Source: Candidatus Hydrogenedentota bacterium (lineage in GTDB: Bacteria > Hydrogenedentota > Hydrogenedentia > Hydrogenedentales > SLHB01). Taken from it: DNA of 64,000 nt. A model generated the notes under the pieces. That model was not told the origin of the DNA, did no database searches, and saw only the letters and a program-made list of their open reading frames with translations. The position numbers were made by a program, and so were the translations under genes. The stretch lies in assembly GCA_029974275.1 (NCBI GenBank), contig JARKSN010000030.1, positions 14,157 to 78,156 of the forward strand. Reading direction: 5' to 3'. The number at the start of each line of letters is the position of its first letter. The stretch's first letter is position 1. This document shows, piece after piece, positions 1 to 10,156 of this stretch.

Positions 1-702
1 ATTCAAACCAGCATCCATGAGGGATACAACGTTCCCTTTCATGAGGAAATCCGCACGAAAATGGAGAGCGAGGCCGCCCGAGATGCGCTGCGCCACACCG
101 CGCGGGACCTTTTCGCCAAGACGGATGCGGTCGCCGTGGAAGCGTTGCGCCGCGTGGGGCCGGCGCAGCGGATCGAAGTGCTGCGCATGCTTGGCCCCCG
201 CGTGACGGGCATTGCGTTTTCGGTGAAGCCCCGTTCCCATGCGGCGCAGCATGCCTCGTACGCGGTGCCGGTGTACAATCTGTATTCCATCGGCAGGAGC
301 GTTCTGAAAGGCGACGCATACAACGACAACGTGATCGCGCATGTGCCGATGGAATGGTTTCGGGGCGATCAGCCGAAGATCACGTTGAGCTTTCTGGGGC
401 GTTCCTTCAAGCCCGTTGCGCGCTGGCGCAACAAAGAGTTGGATACGATGGAACTGGAATTTTCGCGGGTGTTCGAGCAGGACGATGTCGTCAAGCGCAA
501 GATGTCGCGACAGCTCCGGTTGCGCATCGAGGCTTTGGAGACGACGCTGGATTTCACGTACGACGTCAAACCCGTCACCGCCGAGATGATCACGGTGAGG
601 CCCGAATTGTCGCTCGATACGCCGTTTTTTGATTTGATGACCATCGAATATGCGGGAGACCGTTTCCGTATCGATGGCGGATTGGTCGTGTCGGCGCCGT
701 AG
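1..702 (+). CDS. hypothetical protein, 5'-truncated by window edge
   Basis: Frame of ORF 61..702 is open back to base 1; globular-looking sequence, no motif recognised. Confidence 0.6.
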   Translation: MQTSIHEGYNVPFHEEIRTKMESEAARDALRHTARDLFAKTDAVAVEALRRVGPAQRIEVLRMLGPRVTGIAFSVKPRSHAAQHASYAVPVYNLYSIGRSVLKGDAYNDNVIAHVPMEWFRGDQPKITLSFLGRSFKPVARWRNKELDTMELEFSRVFEQDDVVKRKMSRQLRLRIEALETTLDFTYDVKPVTAEMITVRPELSLDTPFFDLMTIEYAGDRFRIDGGLVVSAP

Positions 703-846
703 CCACGCGATCCTCGCTGGGGAAAGATACGCCAGCGCTTCCGGGCGCGACGGGCAATCCGGCGGCGGCTCCCAAGCGGCGATATCTCGCCTCAACGGCG
801 AACGGGAATTGCGGGCCGACTTCAAAGAGCGTTTTGCGCGACGGGA

Positions 847-2127
847 TCACGCATAGGTTTCGGCGGCTTCCTTGGCGCACTGTGTCCATTCGTGCAGACG
901 ATTGGGATGTCCGGCCAAGGTCTCCAACTCCCGCAGCACAATCTGGTAGCGATATCCGTGGAGCCGGCGCGCGCCGTCCATCAGATCGCGTCGGATTCGC
1001 TGGACATCGTCGGGGAAGACCACATCACTGGCCTTCTGACGCCACATGATGCAGCACTGTTTCCCCGCTTTTTCGATCACGACGTCCAGATTCGTCCACG
1101 CGCTGCACGTGAGGATGCGCAGGTTGGGTATGGTGAGGACGCCGTCGATTTTCTGGGTCAAGTTTTCGCAGCAGCCATACCCAACCGCGCCGAAACGATC
1201 GAAGATAGGCTTCTGGTATGCGAGACAATACTCCTCCCACATTTCCGGCGAAACCTGATCGAATTCTTGTGAATTCGCCATGCACCAAAGATTCTTGCAG
1301 GTGAGATTTCCATCGGGCGGCGCCGGGCCGAGGGGATCGCTGCACGTCATCGGTCCAGTGTTGTTGGGGGTGATAAGGCCCGTTGCTTCGAGTTGATCCA
1401 GGGCGGAAAGCGCGGCGTCTCGCAAATAAGCCATCAGTTGATGACAGAAATCCGGCTCGATTGCCATATCCAGCATCATTTGTTCGAGGCCGCGCAGATC
1501 CGCGGCGGCAGTCCCGAGGGTGGCGCTCAGAAGGGGTTCCGCGACTATCCTGACCGGCAGGATGTCGCCCAGCAGGTCCTCGATTCGCGCCTTGTGCGCG
1601 CGCGTTCGTTCCGCGCAGTGCGTAAAGCGCGGCAACCGAAGCTTGGCGATGTCCCTTATCTCCTTGAGGGGAGGATCGTAGGCCCAAGCCCCGCCGACTG
1701 GGCTGGGCGCATGGCGCCCAATTTCCACGCCCCAAACATTGGGGGGATCGCTTTGAAACGCCGCGGCGACAGGGACGAAATCGTCGACGGGCTGATCATC
1801 GTCGATGGCGCGTTTGTGGATGATCTGGAGAAAGTGGCGCTCCAAATAGCGCAGCAGCGGGTCCGTGCATGCCAACATGGTTTCGGGGATGATTTCCTTC
1901 CAGCATCCCACCGGCCGGCACCACACGGGGGCACGATCGGGTTTTCGCAAGGCGTTCACGTCGGCCCAGCGTTTCTTGATCGCGGCCATCCTGGGTTCCT
2001 GCGCGATGACTGCGACGCGCCGGGCCAGTTCCCGTATACGGTCAACCTCGTGTCTTGGGCAATTCATGATCGCACTCCAATCCACAGCCCCATCTCCCGG
2101 TTCGAGCGTCGCGGCGGCGCAGTTCAT
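847..2127 (-). CDS. uroporphyrinogen decarboxylase / MtaA-like (URO-D/CIMS-like barrel) family protein
   Basis: DRAPVW, LRGLEQMMLDM..EPD, VSPEMWEEYCL, YGCCE motifs; true start may be the later MNCPRHE. Confidence 0.65.
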   Translation of the reverse strand: MNCAAATLEPGDGAVDWSAIMNCPRHEVDRIRELARRVAVIAQEPRMAAIKKRWADVNALRKPDRAPVWCRPVGCWKEIIPETMLACTDPLLRYLERHFLQIIHKRAIDDDQPVDDFVPVAAAFQSDPPNVWGVEIGRHAPSPVGGAWAYDPPLKEIRDIAKLRLPRFTHCAERTRAHKARIEDLLGDILPVRIVAEPLLSATLGTAAADLRGLEQMMLDMAIEPDFCHQLMAYLRDAALSALDQLEATGLITPNNTGPMTCSDPLGPAPPDGNLTCKNLWCMANSQEFDQVSPEMWEEYCLAYQKPIFDRFGAVGYGCCENLTQKIDGVLTIPNLRILTCSAWTNLDVVIEKAGKQCCIMWRQKASDVVFPDDVQRIRRDLMDGARRLHGYRYQIVLRELETLAGHPNRLHEWTQCAKEAAETYA

Positions 2128-2277
2128 AGCCGGCGTTTTGCTCAGGCGCCGGGGAAGTATAACGCAGCGTCGCGGTTATGGCAACGTTGCCATGCTGATG
2201 CCCGGCGTGCTATGCTGCCAACCGAGACACGCCGCACGGACCGTGAAATAACAACCACATGCCATGGAGACGCACAG

Positions 2278-3405
2278 ATGACGCCTCGGGAACGATATCT
2301 GGAAACCCTGCTGTTTGGCGCCCCCGACCGGATCCCTTTTCAGCCCGGCGGACCGCGCGAGAAGACGCTGAAGCGATGGCGTCAGGAGGGACTGCCCGAG
2401 AGCGGGGATTGGTTCCTGCACCTGTGCCGCGAAATCGGCGTGCAGCCCGAAGTTCCGAACGCGCCGGTTGCCCATCCGGGCGTGAATTTTCGTATGAACC
2501 CCGTATTCGAGGAGAAAGTGATCGAGCACAAGGATGGGCATTATATTGTCCAGGATTGGATGGGAAACATCACGGAGATTTCTGACGAGTACGATTACAC
2601 CTACATCCGTGACGCGAAAGACTTTGTGACCCGGAAATGGCATGCGTTCCCTGTAGCGACCCGCGCCGATTTCGACGCCATGAAGAAGCGCTACAATCCC
2701 GATGACCCGTCCCGGTATCCGGCGGATTTCGCGGATCGGGTCAAGGTCATGCGGGAACGGGATTACGTCGTGCAAATCGGGTTTCCGGGCCCTTTTTGGC
2801 AGTTGCGCGAGTGGTGCGGCTTCGAGCCACTGTGCCTGTTGTTCCTGGAGGATCCTGAGTTCGTGCGGGAGATGGTCGATTTCTGGACGATGTTCGTCTC
2901 GCGCACCATGGCCCGCGTGTTGGACGCCGGCGTGGTAGACGCCATCTGGATCAGCGAGGACATGGCGTACAAGGAAAAGAGCATGATCAGCCCGCACATG
3001 GCCCGGGAATTCCTACTGCCCGCATGGTCCCGGTGGGTTTCGGAAGGACGGCATGCCGGGGTTCGTGTGTTCGACATGGATTCGGACGGGCGGGTCGACG
3101 ACCTAATCCCGTTGTGGATCGAGGCGGGCATCAATGTCTGCGATCCCATCGAAGTGGCGGCCGGTTGCGACATCAACGCGTACCGCGCCGCGTTTGGGCA
3201 TGGCATCGCATACCGGCAAGGCGTGGACAAACGTTGCATCGCCAAGGGCGGCAACGATATGGAACAGGAACTCGCGCGCGTCGCGCCGGTCCTCGAGGAT
3301 GGCGGATACATTCCCGGTTGCGATCACGGCGTTCCTCACGACATTTCCTGGTTGCACTTCGTCCGCTACGCAAAACGCCTTGCGGAAATGACCGGCTGGT
3401 TATAG
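2278..3405 (+). CDS. uroporphyrinogen decarboxylase / MtaA-like family protein
   Basis: MTPRER..PDRIP start after GGAG RBS; EDMAYKEKSMISP, DSDG, GGYIPGCDHGVP motifs. Confidence 0.8.
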   Translation: MTPRERYLETLLFGAPDRIPFQPGGPREKTLKRWRQEGLPESGDWFLHLCREIGVQPEVPNAPVAHPGVNFRMNPVFEEKVIEHKDGHYIVQDWMGNITEISDEYDYTYIRDAKDFVTRKWHAFPVATRADFDAMKKRYNPDDPSRYPADFADRVKVMRERDYVVQIGFPGPFWQLREWCGFEPLCLLFLEDPEFVREMVDFWTMFVSRTMARVLDAGVVDAIWISEDMAYKEKSMISPHMAREFLLPAWSRWVSEGRHAGVRVFDMDSDGRVDDLIPLWIEAGINVCDPIEVAAGCDINAYRAAFGHGIAYRQGVDKRCIAKGGNDMEQELARVAPVLEDGGYIPGCDHGVPHDISWLHFVRYAKRLAEMTGWL

Positions 3406-3476
3406 ATCCCGTTGCGCAGTTTGCGTTGTGACGCAAACGTCTCCGAACGAACGGTTCCACCCTGGAGGAAATTCGC

Positions 3477-4700
3477 ATGTCATCTTTCATCGTTGCACTT
3501 GCCATGATGGGATCGATCGCGCCCCCGCCGGACGCTGTCATCGCCCCGCTCCCCCGTATTTGCCCTCGCGACGGAAGATTCGTGGAAAAGGTCTCGGGCA
3601 AGACCTTTCATCCTGCGGGCTTCCACTACATTCGCATCCTGCCCGAGGGGCCTCATTACGTGTTTGCGCCGACGAAGTATGATCCGGACCGGGCCGAAGC
3701 AATGCTTTCGGATCTAGAGCGGCACGGCTTCAACGTGGTGCGCGTCTTCCTCGGGGCGCTCGAACTGACCCAAGGAGACGCGTTGTCGGAAGAATTTGTC
3801 GACAATCTGGCCGATTTCATCACGCGCGCAACCCGCCACCGGGTGTACGTCTTGCCGGTGGTCGACTGGCTCCCCCCATCCAACCGCTATAAGAGCATCT
3901 TGGCCAACGCCCGTCCGGACGTTGGCGGGATGCAGGCAATGTTCATGGATGCCGCCCATACGCAATCGAAGAAGCTCTATCTCACCGACCTCATTGGGAT
4001 GTTGAAGAAGCGGATCCCTGCCCTCCTCTCGACGGTGTTCGCGTACGAACTCGAGAACGAGGTGAACGCGGATCTGACGTGTCCGCCTTTCTCGCAGGCC
4101 AACGGCTCTTTCGCGTATAAAGGCAAGACGTACAACCTCGCGAACGATCGGGCGCTGCAAAAATTGCTCGATGCCGCCATCATCGACAATGCCAATGCTC
4201 TCGTAGCGGCGATCCACACGGAAGACCCCGATGCGATGGCGGCCTATAGCGTGTTCACATATGCAGCGGTCGGCCGCAGCGGCCCCGGCAAGATGCGCAG
4301 CGACACGTCGCCGGACACGCGCTGTCCAATACGCCCGATCGCGTTGGCGAGATCCGACCTCTCGTATGTCGATCTTCATTTCTACGCACCGTCCCCGGAA
4401 GGCTTTCGCCGCGACATGGAGGCGGTGGAATGGAACAAGCTCAAATCCGTCTGCCGGACTAGAGGAAAACCCATTCTGGCGGGCGAGTACGGCGTGCCTT
4501 CGCCCTTGGCTTCCACCGGCGAACAAGCCGCCTCGATTGCGGTTTGGCATGCAAACGCCATTCGTGAACAAGGTTTGGAGGGCGGCATTTTTTGGACGTA
4601 TGACTGCCATGAACAACGAGATGTAATCAACGCCAAACAGTTTGACGGAGCCATATTCGACGCCTTGGCGGCGTTCCATCGCCGCCGTTCATCGCCGTAA
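3477..4700 (+). CDS. secreted clan GH-A (GH5-like) glycoside hydrolase
   Basis: GGAGG RBS, hydrophobic N-terminus, GFNVVRVF, YELENE (acid/base), KPILAGEYG (nucleophile). Confidence 0.7.
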   Translation: MSSFIVALAMMGSIAPPPDAVIAPLPRICPRDGRFVEKVSGKTFHPAGFHYIRILPEGPHYVFAPTKYDPDRAEAMLSDLERHGFNVVRVFLGALELTQGDALSEEFVDNLADFITRATRHRVYVLPVVDWLPPSNRYKSILANARPDVGGMQAMFMDAAHTQSKKLYLTDLIGMLKKRIPALLSTVFAYELENEVNADLTCPPFSQANGSFAYKGKTYNLANDRALQKLLDAAIIDNANALVAAIHTEDPDAMAAYSVFTYAAVGRSGPGKMRSDTSPDTRCPIRPIALARSDLSYVDLHFYAPSPEGFRRDMEAVEWNKLKSVCRTRGKPILAGEYGVPSPLASTGEQAASIAVWHANAIREQGLEGGIFWTYDCHEQRDVINAKQFDGAIFDALAAFHRRRSSP

Positions 4701-4801
4701 CGCGCATCATTCGCTTGGCTTCGTGGAAAACAGCGGGTATACTGCCGTCGGAGAAACGCTTCGTGGCGCGCACGGAACGCGTTTCCGGGCGCCGCAGTTC
4801 G

Positions 4802-5920
4802 ATGACGCGCGGGGGTGTGCATACTCGCTTGAAAATACTGCATGTCTATAAGGATTTCGATCCGCCCATTCGTGGGGGAATGGAGCGTCATGTCGCGCTC
4901 ATGTGCCGCTATCAGAGCCAGTGGGCGGAAGTGGAGGCGCTGACGTGCAGCCGCTCCATGTGGACGCGCCGGGCGTTTCGCGATGGCACGCGCGTCACGG
5001 AAGTGGGCGAATGGGGCCGTTTCCAGAGCGCGCCCATTGCGCCGTTGTTCCCCTGGCACCTGCGAAAGCTCCAGGCCGACATCATCGTGGCGCACGTGCC
5101 CAACCCCACGGCGGAGCTTAGTTATCTGATAGGCCGTCCCCAAGGCCGGCTCATCGTGCGCTATCAGAGCGACGTGGTGCGTCAGGCCGCGGCCATGCGC
5201 TTCTATGGCCCGTTTCAAATGACATTTCTGCGCAAAGCTGCTATGATTCTCGTCGCATCCGAACAGTACCTCGCGACCTCGCCCACGCTTCAGGCCGTGC
5301 GCAATCGGTGCGTCGTTGTGCCGTTGGGCATTGTCCCCGAGGATTTTCAACGCCCTGATGCGGCCCGGGTGGCGGCGTTGCGCGCGAAGTATGGCGGCGA
5401 GTATGTTCTATTTCTGGGGATGCATCGCTACTACAAGGGGTTGGAGTATTTGGTGCGCGCCGCTCCGTCGATCCGGGCGATGATCGTGATGGCCGGCGGC
5501 GGACCGCAGCGTCCGTATTGCGAGTCGTTGACGCGCACGCTCGGGGCGAATATCGTGTTCCCGGGCACGCTCTCGCACGAGGAGGCGGTGGACCATTTGC
5601 ATGGGTGCGCGGTGTTCGTCTTTCCTTCCGTCGCGCGCAGCGAGGCGTATGGAATATCGATGCTCGAAGCGCATGCCTGCGGCAAGCCGGTCGTGGCGAC
5701 GACGCTGGGAACGGGAGTCGAGTTCGTGAATCTTCACGGGCAAACGGGGCTCAACGTGCCCCCGCGCGATCCGGCGGCGTTGGCCGAGGCCGTGAATGCG
5801 CTGTTGGCTGATCCGGAGTTGCGGGCTCGCATGGGGGCATTCGCGCAGCGGCGGGTCGAAACCGAATTGCACGCGGCAACGATTGCGCGCCGCGAGTTTG
5901 AATTGTACCAACAAGCCTGA
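4802..5920 (+). CDS. glycosyltransferase family 4
   Basis: KILHVYKDF..GGMERH, YKGLEYL, FPSVARSEAYGISMLEA..GKPVV; start uncertain (4802 ATG or 4829 TTG). Confidence 0.85.
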   Translation: MTRGGVHTRLKILHVYKDFDPPIRGGMERHVALMCRYQSQWAEVEALTCSRSMWTRRAFRDGTRVTEVGEWGRFQSAPIAPLFPWHLRKLQADIIVAHVPNPTAELSYLIGRPQGRLIVRYQSDVVRQAAAMRFYGPFQMTFLRKAAMILVASEQYLATSPTLQAVRNRCVVVPLGIVPEDFQRPDAARVAALRAKYGGEYVLFLGMHRYYKGLEYLVRAAPSIRAMIVMAGGGPQRPYCESLTRTLGANIVFPGTLSHEEAVDHLHGCAVFVFPSVARSEAYGISMLEAHACGKPVVATTLGTGVEFVNLHGQTGLNVPPRDPAALAEAVNALLADPELRARMGAFAQRRVETELHAATIARREFELYQQA

Positions 5921-5949
5921 CGGCGCGACGCCGCGGGCGTGAAACATGC

Positions 5950-7104
5950 ATGGCAAACTGGTATCTCATATACGCATACGCCTTGGGCTTTTCGTTCCTG
6001 GTTTCGGGCGCCATCACGGAAATTGTCCGGCGCCTGGCGCTGCGTTGGGGCCTGCTGGACCATCCCGGCGAACGCAAGGTTCATCGCAATCCAATCCCGT
6101 TGATGGGCGGCGTCGCCATTTTCCTGACGTTCTACCTCACCATCGGCTTTCATCTGCTCCAGTTGGGCCCCGTCCGCAAGTTCGGCATCGAAGCGTTCCT
6201 GCCCAACCTTCAGTACGGGTTCGAGTGGTACCGCGCGAACGTTCTGTCTTTTTTGGGCGGAAGCGTGATGCTCAAGCTCCTGGGTCTATTCTCCGGAAGC
6301 CTGGTCATTTTCGTTCTGGGCGTGATTGACGACATCAAGCCGTTGAGCCCCGAAAAGAAACTGATCGGGCAAATTCTCGCCGCGTCTCTCCTTGTTTCGT
6401 TCGGCATCCGGCTTGAGTTGTTCGTCGTGACGCCATGGATTACGGGGCCGGTGACGGTGTTGTGGCTGGTGCTGATGATCAACTCGCTCAATTTTCTCGA
6501 CAACATGGACGGACTGTGCGGCGGGGTTTCGATCATCGCCGCGTTATCGTTCTTTTTCTGCTTGTTTCCCAATGGCCATACCTTCGTGTGCGTGATATTG
6601 ATGGTGTTTATCGGAAGCGTCGGCGGGTTTCTCTATCACAACCTCAACCCCGCCCGGATATTCATGGGCGACGCAGGATCGATGTTCTGCGGCCTTTTTT
6701 TGGGCACGGTGTCCGTGCTCGGAACCTTCTACCAAGAAGGCACGCCTTCCCGGGTGGCCATCGCAGCCCCTTTGCTGGCGTTGAGCGTTCCGCTGTTCGA
6801 TACGTGCAGCGTCCTGTACATCCGGTGGCGAAACGGCGAATCGCTCATGAAGGGCGACAAACGCCATTTCTCGCACCGCCTGGTTGATCTTGGAATGACC
6901 CATGGACAGGCGGTCGAGTTCATCTATTTGGTCGCGATCATCGCTGGACTTGGCGCGATGTTGCTGCCCATGGTCAGTCCGATGGGGACCATCGTCATTA
7001 TCGTGCAGACGTTGGGACTCTTTTGCATCATTGCCATGTTGATGCACATCGCCAATCAACGGAGAGAAACCCGTCGTGAGCAAGAAGACGCCCGCCCGGA
7101 ATAA
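5950..7104 (+). CDS. wecA: undecaprenyl-phosphate alpha-N-acetylglucosaminyl 1-phosphate transferase (WecA/TagO, MraY family)
   Basis: DHPGERKVH..PLMGG, GVIDD, NFLDNMDGL, PARIFMGDAGS, DKRHFSHRL; many TM segments. Confidence 0.85.
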   Translation: MANWYLIYAYALGFSFLVSGAITEIVRRLALRWGLLDHPGERKVHRNPIPLMGGVAIFLTFYLTIGFHLLQLGPVRKFGIEAFLPNLQYGFEWYRANVLSFLGGSVMLKLLGLFSGSLVIFVLGVIDDIKPLSPEKKLIGQILAASLLVSFGIRLELFVVTPWITGPVTVLWLVLMINSLNFLDNMDGLCGGVSIIAALSFFFCLFPNGHTFVCVILMVFIGSVGGFLYHNLNPARIFMGDAGSMFCGLFLGTVSVLGTFYQEGTPSRVAIAAPLLALSVPLFDTCSVLYIRWRNGESLMKGDKRHFSHRLVDLGMTHGQAVEFIYLVAIIAGLGAMLLPMVSPMGTIVIIVQTLGLFCIIAMLMHIANQRRETRREQEDARPE

Positions 7105-9664
7105 CCGTTCTGACGGCGGCCAACCCGCCGTTCGTCCGGAGACGCCGCACAGCGCCGCGAACTGGCGGCATGCGGCGCTGCGCGAGCCCGCCGCGCTGCT
7201 GCTGGCGGCGACGATTGTCATGCGGCCGTTCCTGGATGGCATCACCTTCCCGCATATCAACAGCGCGTTTGTCATGGGGATTGCCGCATGTTTCGCCGTG
7301 TGGGCGGCTTGTCAGCTTTTTCGCGGTCCGCATGTCGCTTTGGGGCTTCCGGAGGGCCTGTTCGCCGCTTTGCTGGGCGTCATGCTGGTTACGGGACTCA
7401 ATACGACGCAGGTGGACGGCACATACCGCGCGCTGCTCAACTGGGGCGGTTTTTTTCTGCTTTTCCTTGTGAGCGCCAACGTAATGCGCAACAAGACGCT
7501 TCTCGGCCTTCTCCTGGGCCTATTCGTCGCCGTCAACCTTGCCGAGGCTCTCTGGAGCCTGGTGCATCTCGAGTACATCCTTCCCATGACGCGCGCGGCG
7601 GTGCTCAAGGATCCCGCGCTGCTGCGGACGTATTTCGGCACGGATGTCTTGACCCCCGACATTGCCGATCGGTTAAACATGAATCGCGCTTTCGGGACGT
7701 TCCTTTTTCCCAATGCGCTTGGCGCGTTCATGGCGTTCGGCGTCGTGTTTGGTCTCGGCGCGGCCGGGGCCACGTGGCATGCGCTCCGTTCCTCGCGCCC
7801 CACGCCCCCCGTTTCCGGCGGATTTGCCGATCGGCTGGGCGCGCTGGCAGTCGCCATCGGCGCAGGCGCAGTTCTCTTCGGCGCAGGATGGTTTCTGTAT
7901 TGGGTGGCCTATACGGTCACCTACGAGAATCAGCCCTGGACGGCCCATCCGTGGGGGTGGGTATTCTTTGTGGGCGTTCTTCCGCTTGCCGGCGCGGGGT
8001 CGTGTTTCGCCCTCATCGCCGCGGGAGGGGTGTGGCGCGGCTGGCTCCGTGTGCAGTTGGCCGTCTTGGCGCTGCTCGCCTTGACCGCCCTCGCCACGTT
8101 GTGGTTCACGGCTTCGCGTGGGGCCATGATAGGCGTGGCGACCTCGTTGGCCGTTACGGGGGGATTGCTTGCCTATGCTCGTTCGTCTCATGCGAAAAGA
8201 CGTTCGGGATTGGCGTACGCCCTCGTCGCGTTGCTCATGGGCGCGGCGGCTTTCGCATCGTTCACGGCATCCCCCGCTGTGTGGGCGCAGGAGGAGGCCG
8301 CCCCGGCATCGACGGCGACGCTCGACACACGGACGGAAGGCATTGCGCTGGAGGGCGTCGCCCCGACCTTGGCCAGCGGCGCGACGTTTCGGTTGCGGTT
8401 GAGTTATTGGAGAACCGGCCTGAGCATGTTTCTCGACAATCCGCTTTCCGGGGTAGGCTTGGGCAATTTCGGCGTAAACTATCCCCGCTATCAGTCTCCC
8501 GCCGCTGGAAACGTCAAGCAGGCGCACAACGATTTCCTGCAGATGTTTTGCGAGACCGGTTTGGGCGGCGGTCTTCTTTTCCTTGCATTCTGGGGGCACT
8601 ACCTGGCATGGGGCGGAGTTCGTATCTTTCTCGAACCTTCGGCAAGCCGGCGGTGGCTGTTGGCCGCTCTCTACGCAGCCACGTTGTCGTTTCTTGTGCA
8701 CAGCGCCGGCGATTTCAACTTCTCGAACCCGAGTCTGGCCACATTTCAATATTTTCTCGCGGGCGCATTCCTCGCCGTGTCGCGCGGGACTTCGGGGATT
8801 TCCGCCAATCGCGTCAGCGTTTCCCTCGTTCTCGGGGGGCTGTTGGTGTTGGCGATGTTTGCCGCGGGCGCGGCGCTCCGCGCGCACCGTTCCGATTCCC
8901 TGTTCGGCCGCGACGTGCAGCACAACGCCTTGTTTGCGGTGGCTCAGTTTTTCTTCGAAGAAGTGAAGCCCGAGACCTATCGCGCGGACCAGGCTCCCGC
9001 GATCGGCATTTCCGAGGCGCGGGCGTTGCTTGGCGCGGAGGAGAATCTCGCCTCGATAGGCGTCATCCACGTGCCGATTCCAAACGGATCGCGCCCTCTC
9101 GCCAAGGATGAACCGCCGCCGCCCGGATCGTACCTGATCATCTCCAACCCGTCCGCCGCGCAGCAGAAGGCGAAGCAGGCGATCATGGTCTGGATGGCTC
9201 GGGTGAAAACGGCCGATTGGCTGTACCCGCACAATCCCGACATCGCCCAGCACCTGTTTAATTGGAACCAGTATCTGGCCAGCATCGCGAAGCGCCCCGA
9301 TGAACGGCGGGAACACATCTTGGAAGCGCTCGAATGGGCTGAAAAAAACCTTGCGCGCAACTCTTATTTGGCCCAGTCCCACAGTTTCTATGCCATGGCG
9401 TTGCGCATGCGCGCGGAGATAGAAACCGGGCCTAAACGGGCGGAGTATTACGAAAAGGCCTTGGAGCATTACCGGAAAGCCACGGAATTGGCCCCATCGG
9501 GCGCGTGGCAGTTTCAGGAATACGGCGAAGCGCTTGAACTGTACGGCAAGGGCTACGAAAGCGCAGGAAACGCCGCCCGGGCTGCGGCATGTTTTGGAGA
9601 AGCCCGGAAAGCCAAGGAGCGCGCCCAATACCTCAACCAGGAAGCCCAAAAGCGGGGGCTGTGA
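7076..9664 (+). CDS. O-antigen ligase/Wzy_C family membrane protein with C-terminal TPR-like region
   Basis: RAFGTFLFPNALG, TASRGA, RLSYW..NPLSGVGLGNF..AHNDFLQMFCETG; helical TPR-like tail. Confidence 0.8.
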   Translation: MSKKTPARNNRSDGGQPAVRPETPHSAANWRHAALREPAALLLAATIVMRPFLDGITFPHINSAFVMGIAACFAVWAACQLFRGPHVALGLPEGLFAALLGVMLVTGLNTTQVDGTYRALLNWGGFFLLFLVSANVMRNKTLLGLLLGLFVAVNLAEALWSLVHLEYILPMTRAAVLKDPALLRTYFGTDVLTPDIADRLNMNRAFGTFLFPNALGAFMAFGVVFGLGAAGATWHALRSSRPTPPVSGGFADRLGALAVAIGAGAVLFGAGWFLYWVAYTVTYENQPWTAHPWGWVFFVGVLPLAGAGSCFALIAAGGVWRGWLRVQLAVLALLALTALATLWFTASRGAMIGVATSLAVTGGLLAYARSSHAKRRSGLAYALVALLMGAAAFASFTASPAVWAQEEAAPASTATLDTRTEGIALEGVAPTLASGATFRLRLSYWRTGLSMFLDNPLSGVGLGNFGVNYPRYQSPAAGNVKQAHNDFLQMFCETGLGGGLLFLAFWGHYLAWGGVRIFLEPSASRRWLLAALYAATLSFLVHSAGDFNFSNPSLATFQYFLAGAFLAVSRGTSGISANRVSVSLVLGGLLVLAMFAAGAALRAHRSDSLFGRDVQHNALFAVAQFFFEEVKPETYRADQAPAIGISEARALLGAEENLASIGVIHVPIPNGSRPLAKDEPPPPGSYLIISNPSAAQQKAKQAIMVWMARVKTADWLYPHNPDIAQHLFNWNQYLASIAKRPDERREHILEALEWAEKNLARNSYLAQSHSFYAMALRMRAEIETGPKRAEYYEKALEHYRKATELAPSGAWQFQEYGEALELYGKGYESAGNAARAAACFGEARKAKERAQYLNQEAQKRGL

Positions 9665-9721
9665 CACCGTGAATCCTAGGCGAGACCTGGGCTATGATTC
9701 ACGAAACGAGGAGAGCCTGTC

Positions 9722-10156
9722 ATGAACGTACTCGTGGTCCATGGTCCCAATCTCAACTTGCTGGGCGTGCGCGAGCCGGAAGTGTATGGACGGACGACGC
9801 TTGATGATATCAATGCGCAGCTGGCCGATCAGGCCGAGCGGCTCGGGATCGAGCTTCGGACGTTCCAGTCGAATAGCGAGGGCGCCTTGGTTTCCGCCGT
9901 CCAGGACGCCATGGGCTGGGCCGCGGCGCTTATCATCAACCCGGGCGGCTATACGCACACCAGCGTCGCCTTGCGCGATGCCATCGCCGCAACGGGCCTG
10001 CCCGCCATTGAGGTGCACCTCTCGAACATCTATCGCCGCGAGGAATTCCGCCACCACAGCCACATCGCGCCTGTCGCCGTCGGCCAGATTTCCGGGTTCG
10101 GCCCGCTGAGTTACCGGTTGGCGTTGCTGGCAGTGAAGGAGTTGCTGACGACATGA
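9722..10156 (+). CDS. aroQ: type II 3-dehydroquinate dehydratase
   Basis: [53 protein letters not shown]. Confidence 0.97.
   Translation: MNVLVVHGPNLNLLGVREPEVYGRTTLDDINAQLADQAERLGIELRTFQSNSEGALVSAVQDAMGWAAALIINPGGYTHTSVALRDAIAATGLPAIEVHLSNIYRREEFRHHSHIAPVAVGQISGFGPLSYRLALLAVKELLTT

Noticed and set aside
1393..2277. N-terminal 295 aa of the 670-aa ORF 1393..3405
   Set aside because: It is antisense to the 847..2127 gene; family similarity and the RBS begin at ATG 2278
7673..9667. Long antisense ORFs (also 11895-13742, 15002-16720, 37739-39340, 39817-41682, 42815-44647, 49771-51939, 54268-55761)
   Set aside because: Shadow frames of GC3-biased real genes, with no recognisable motifs
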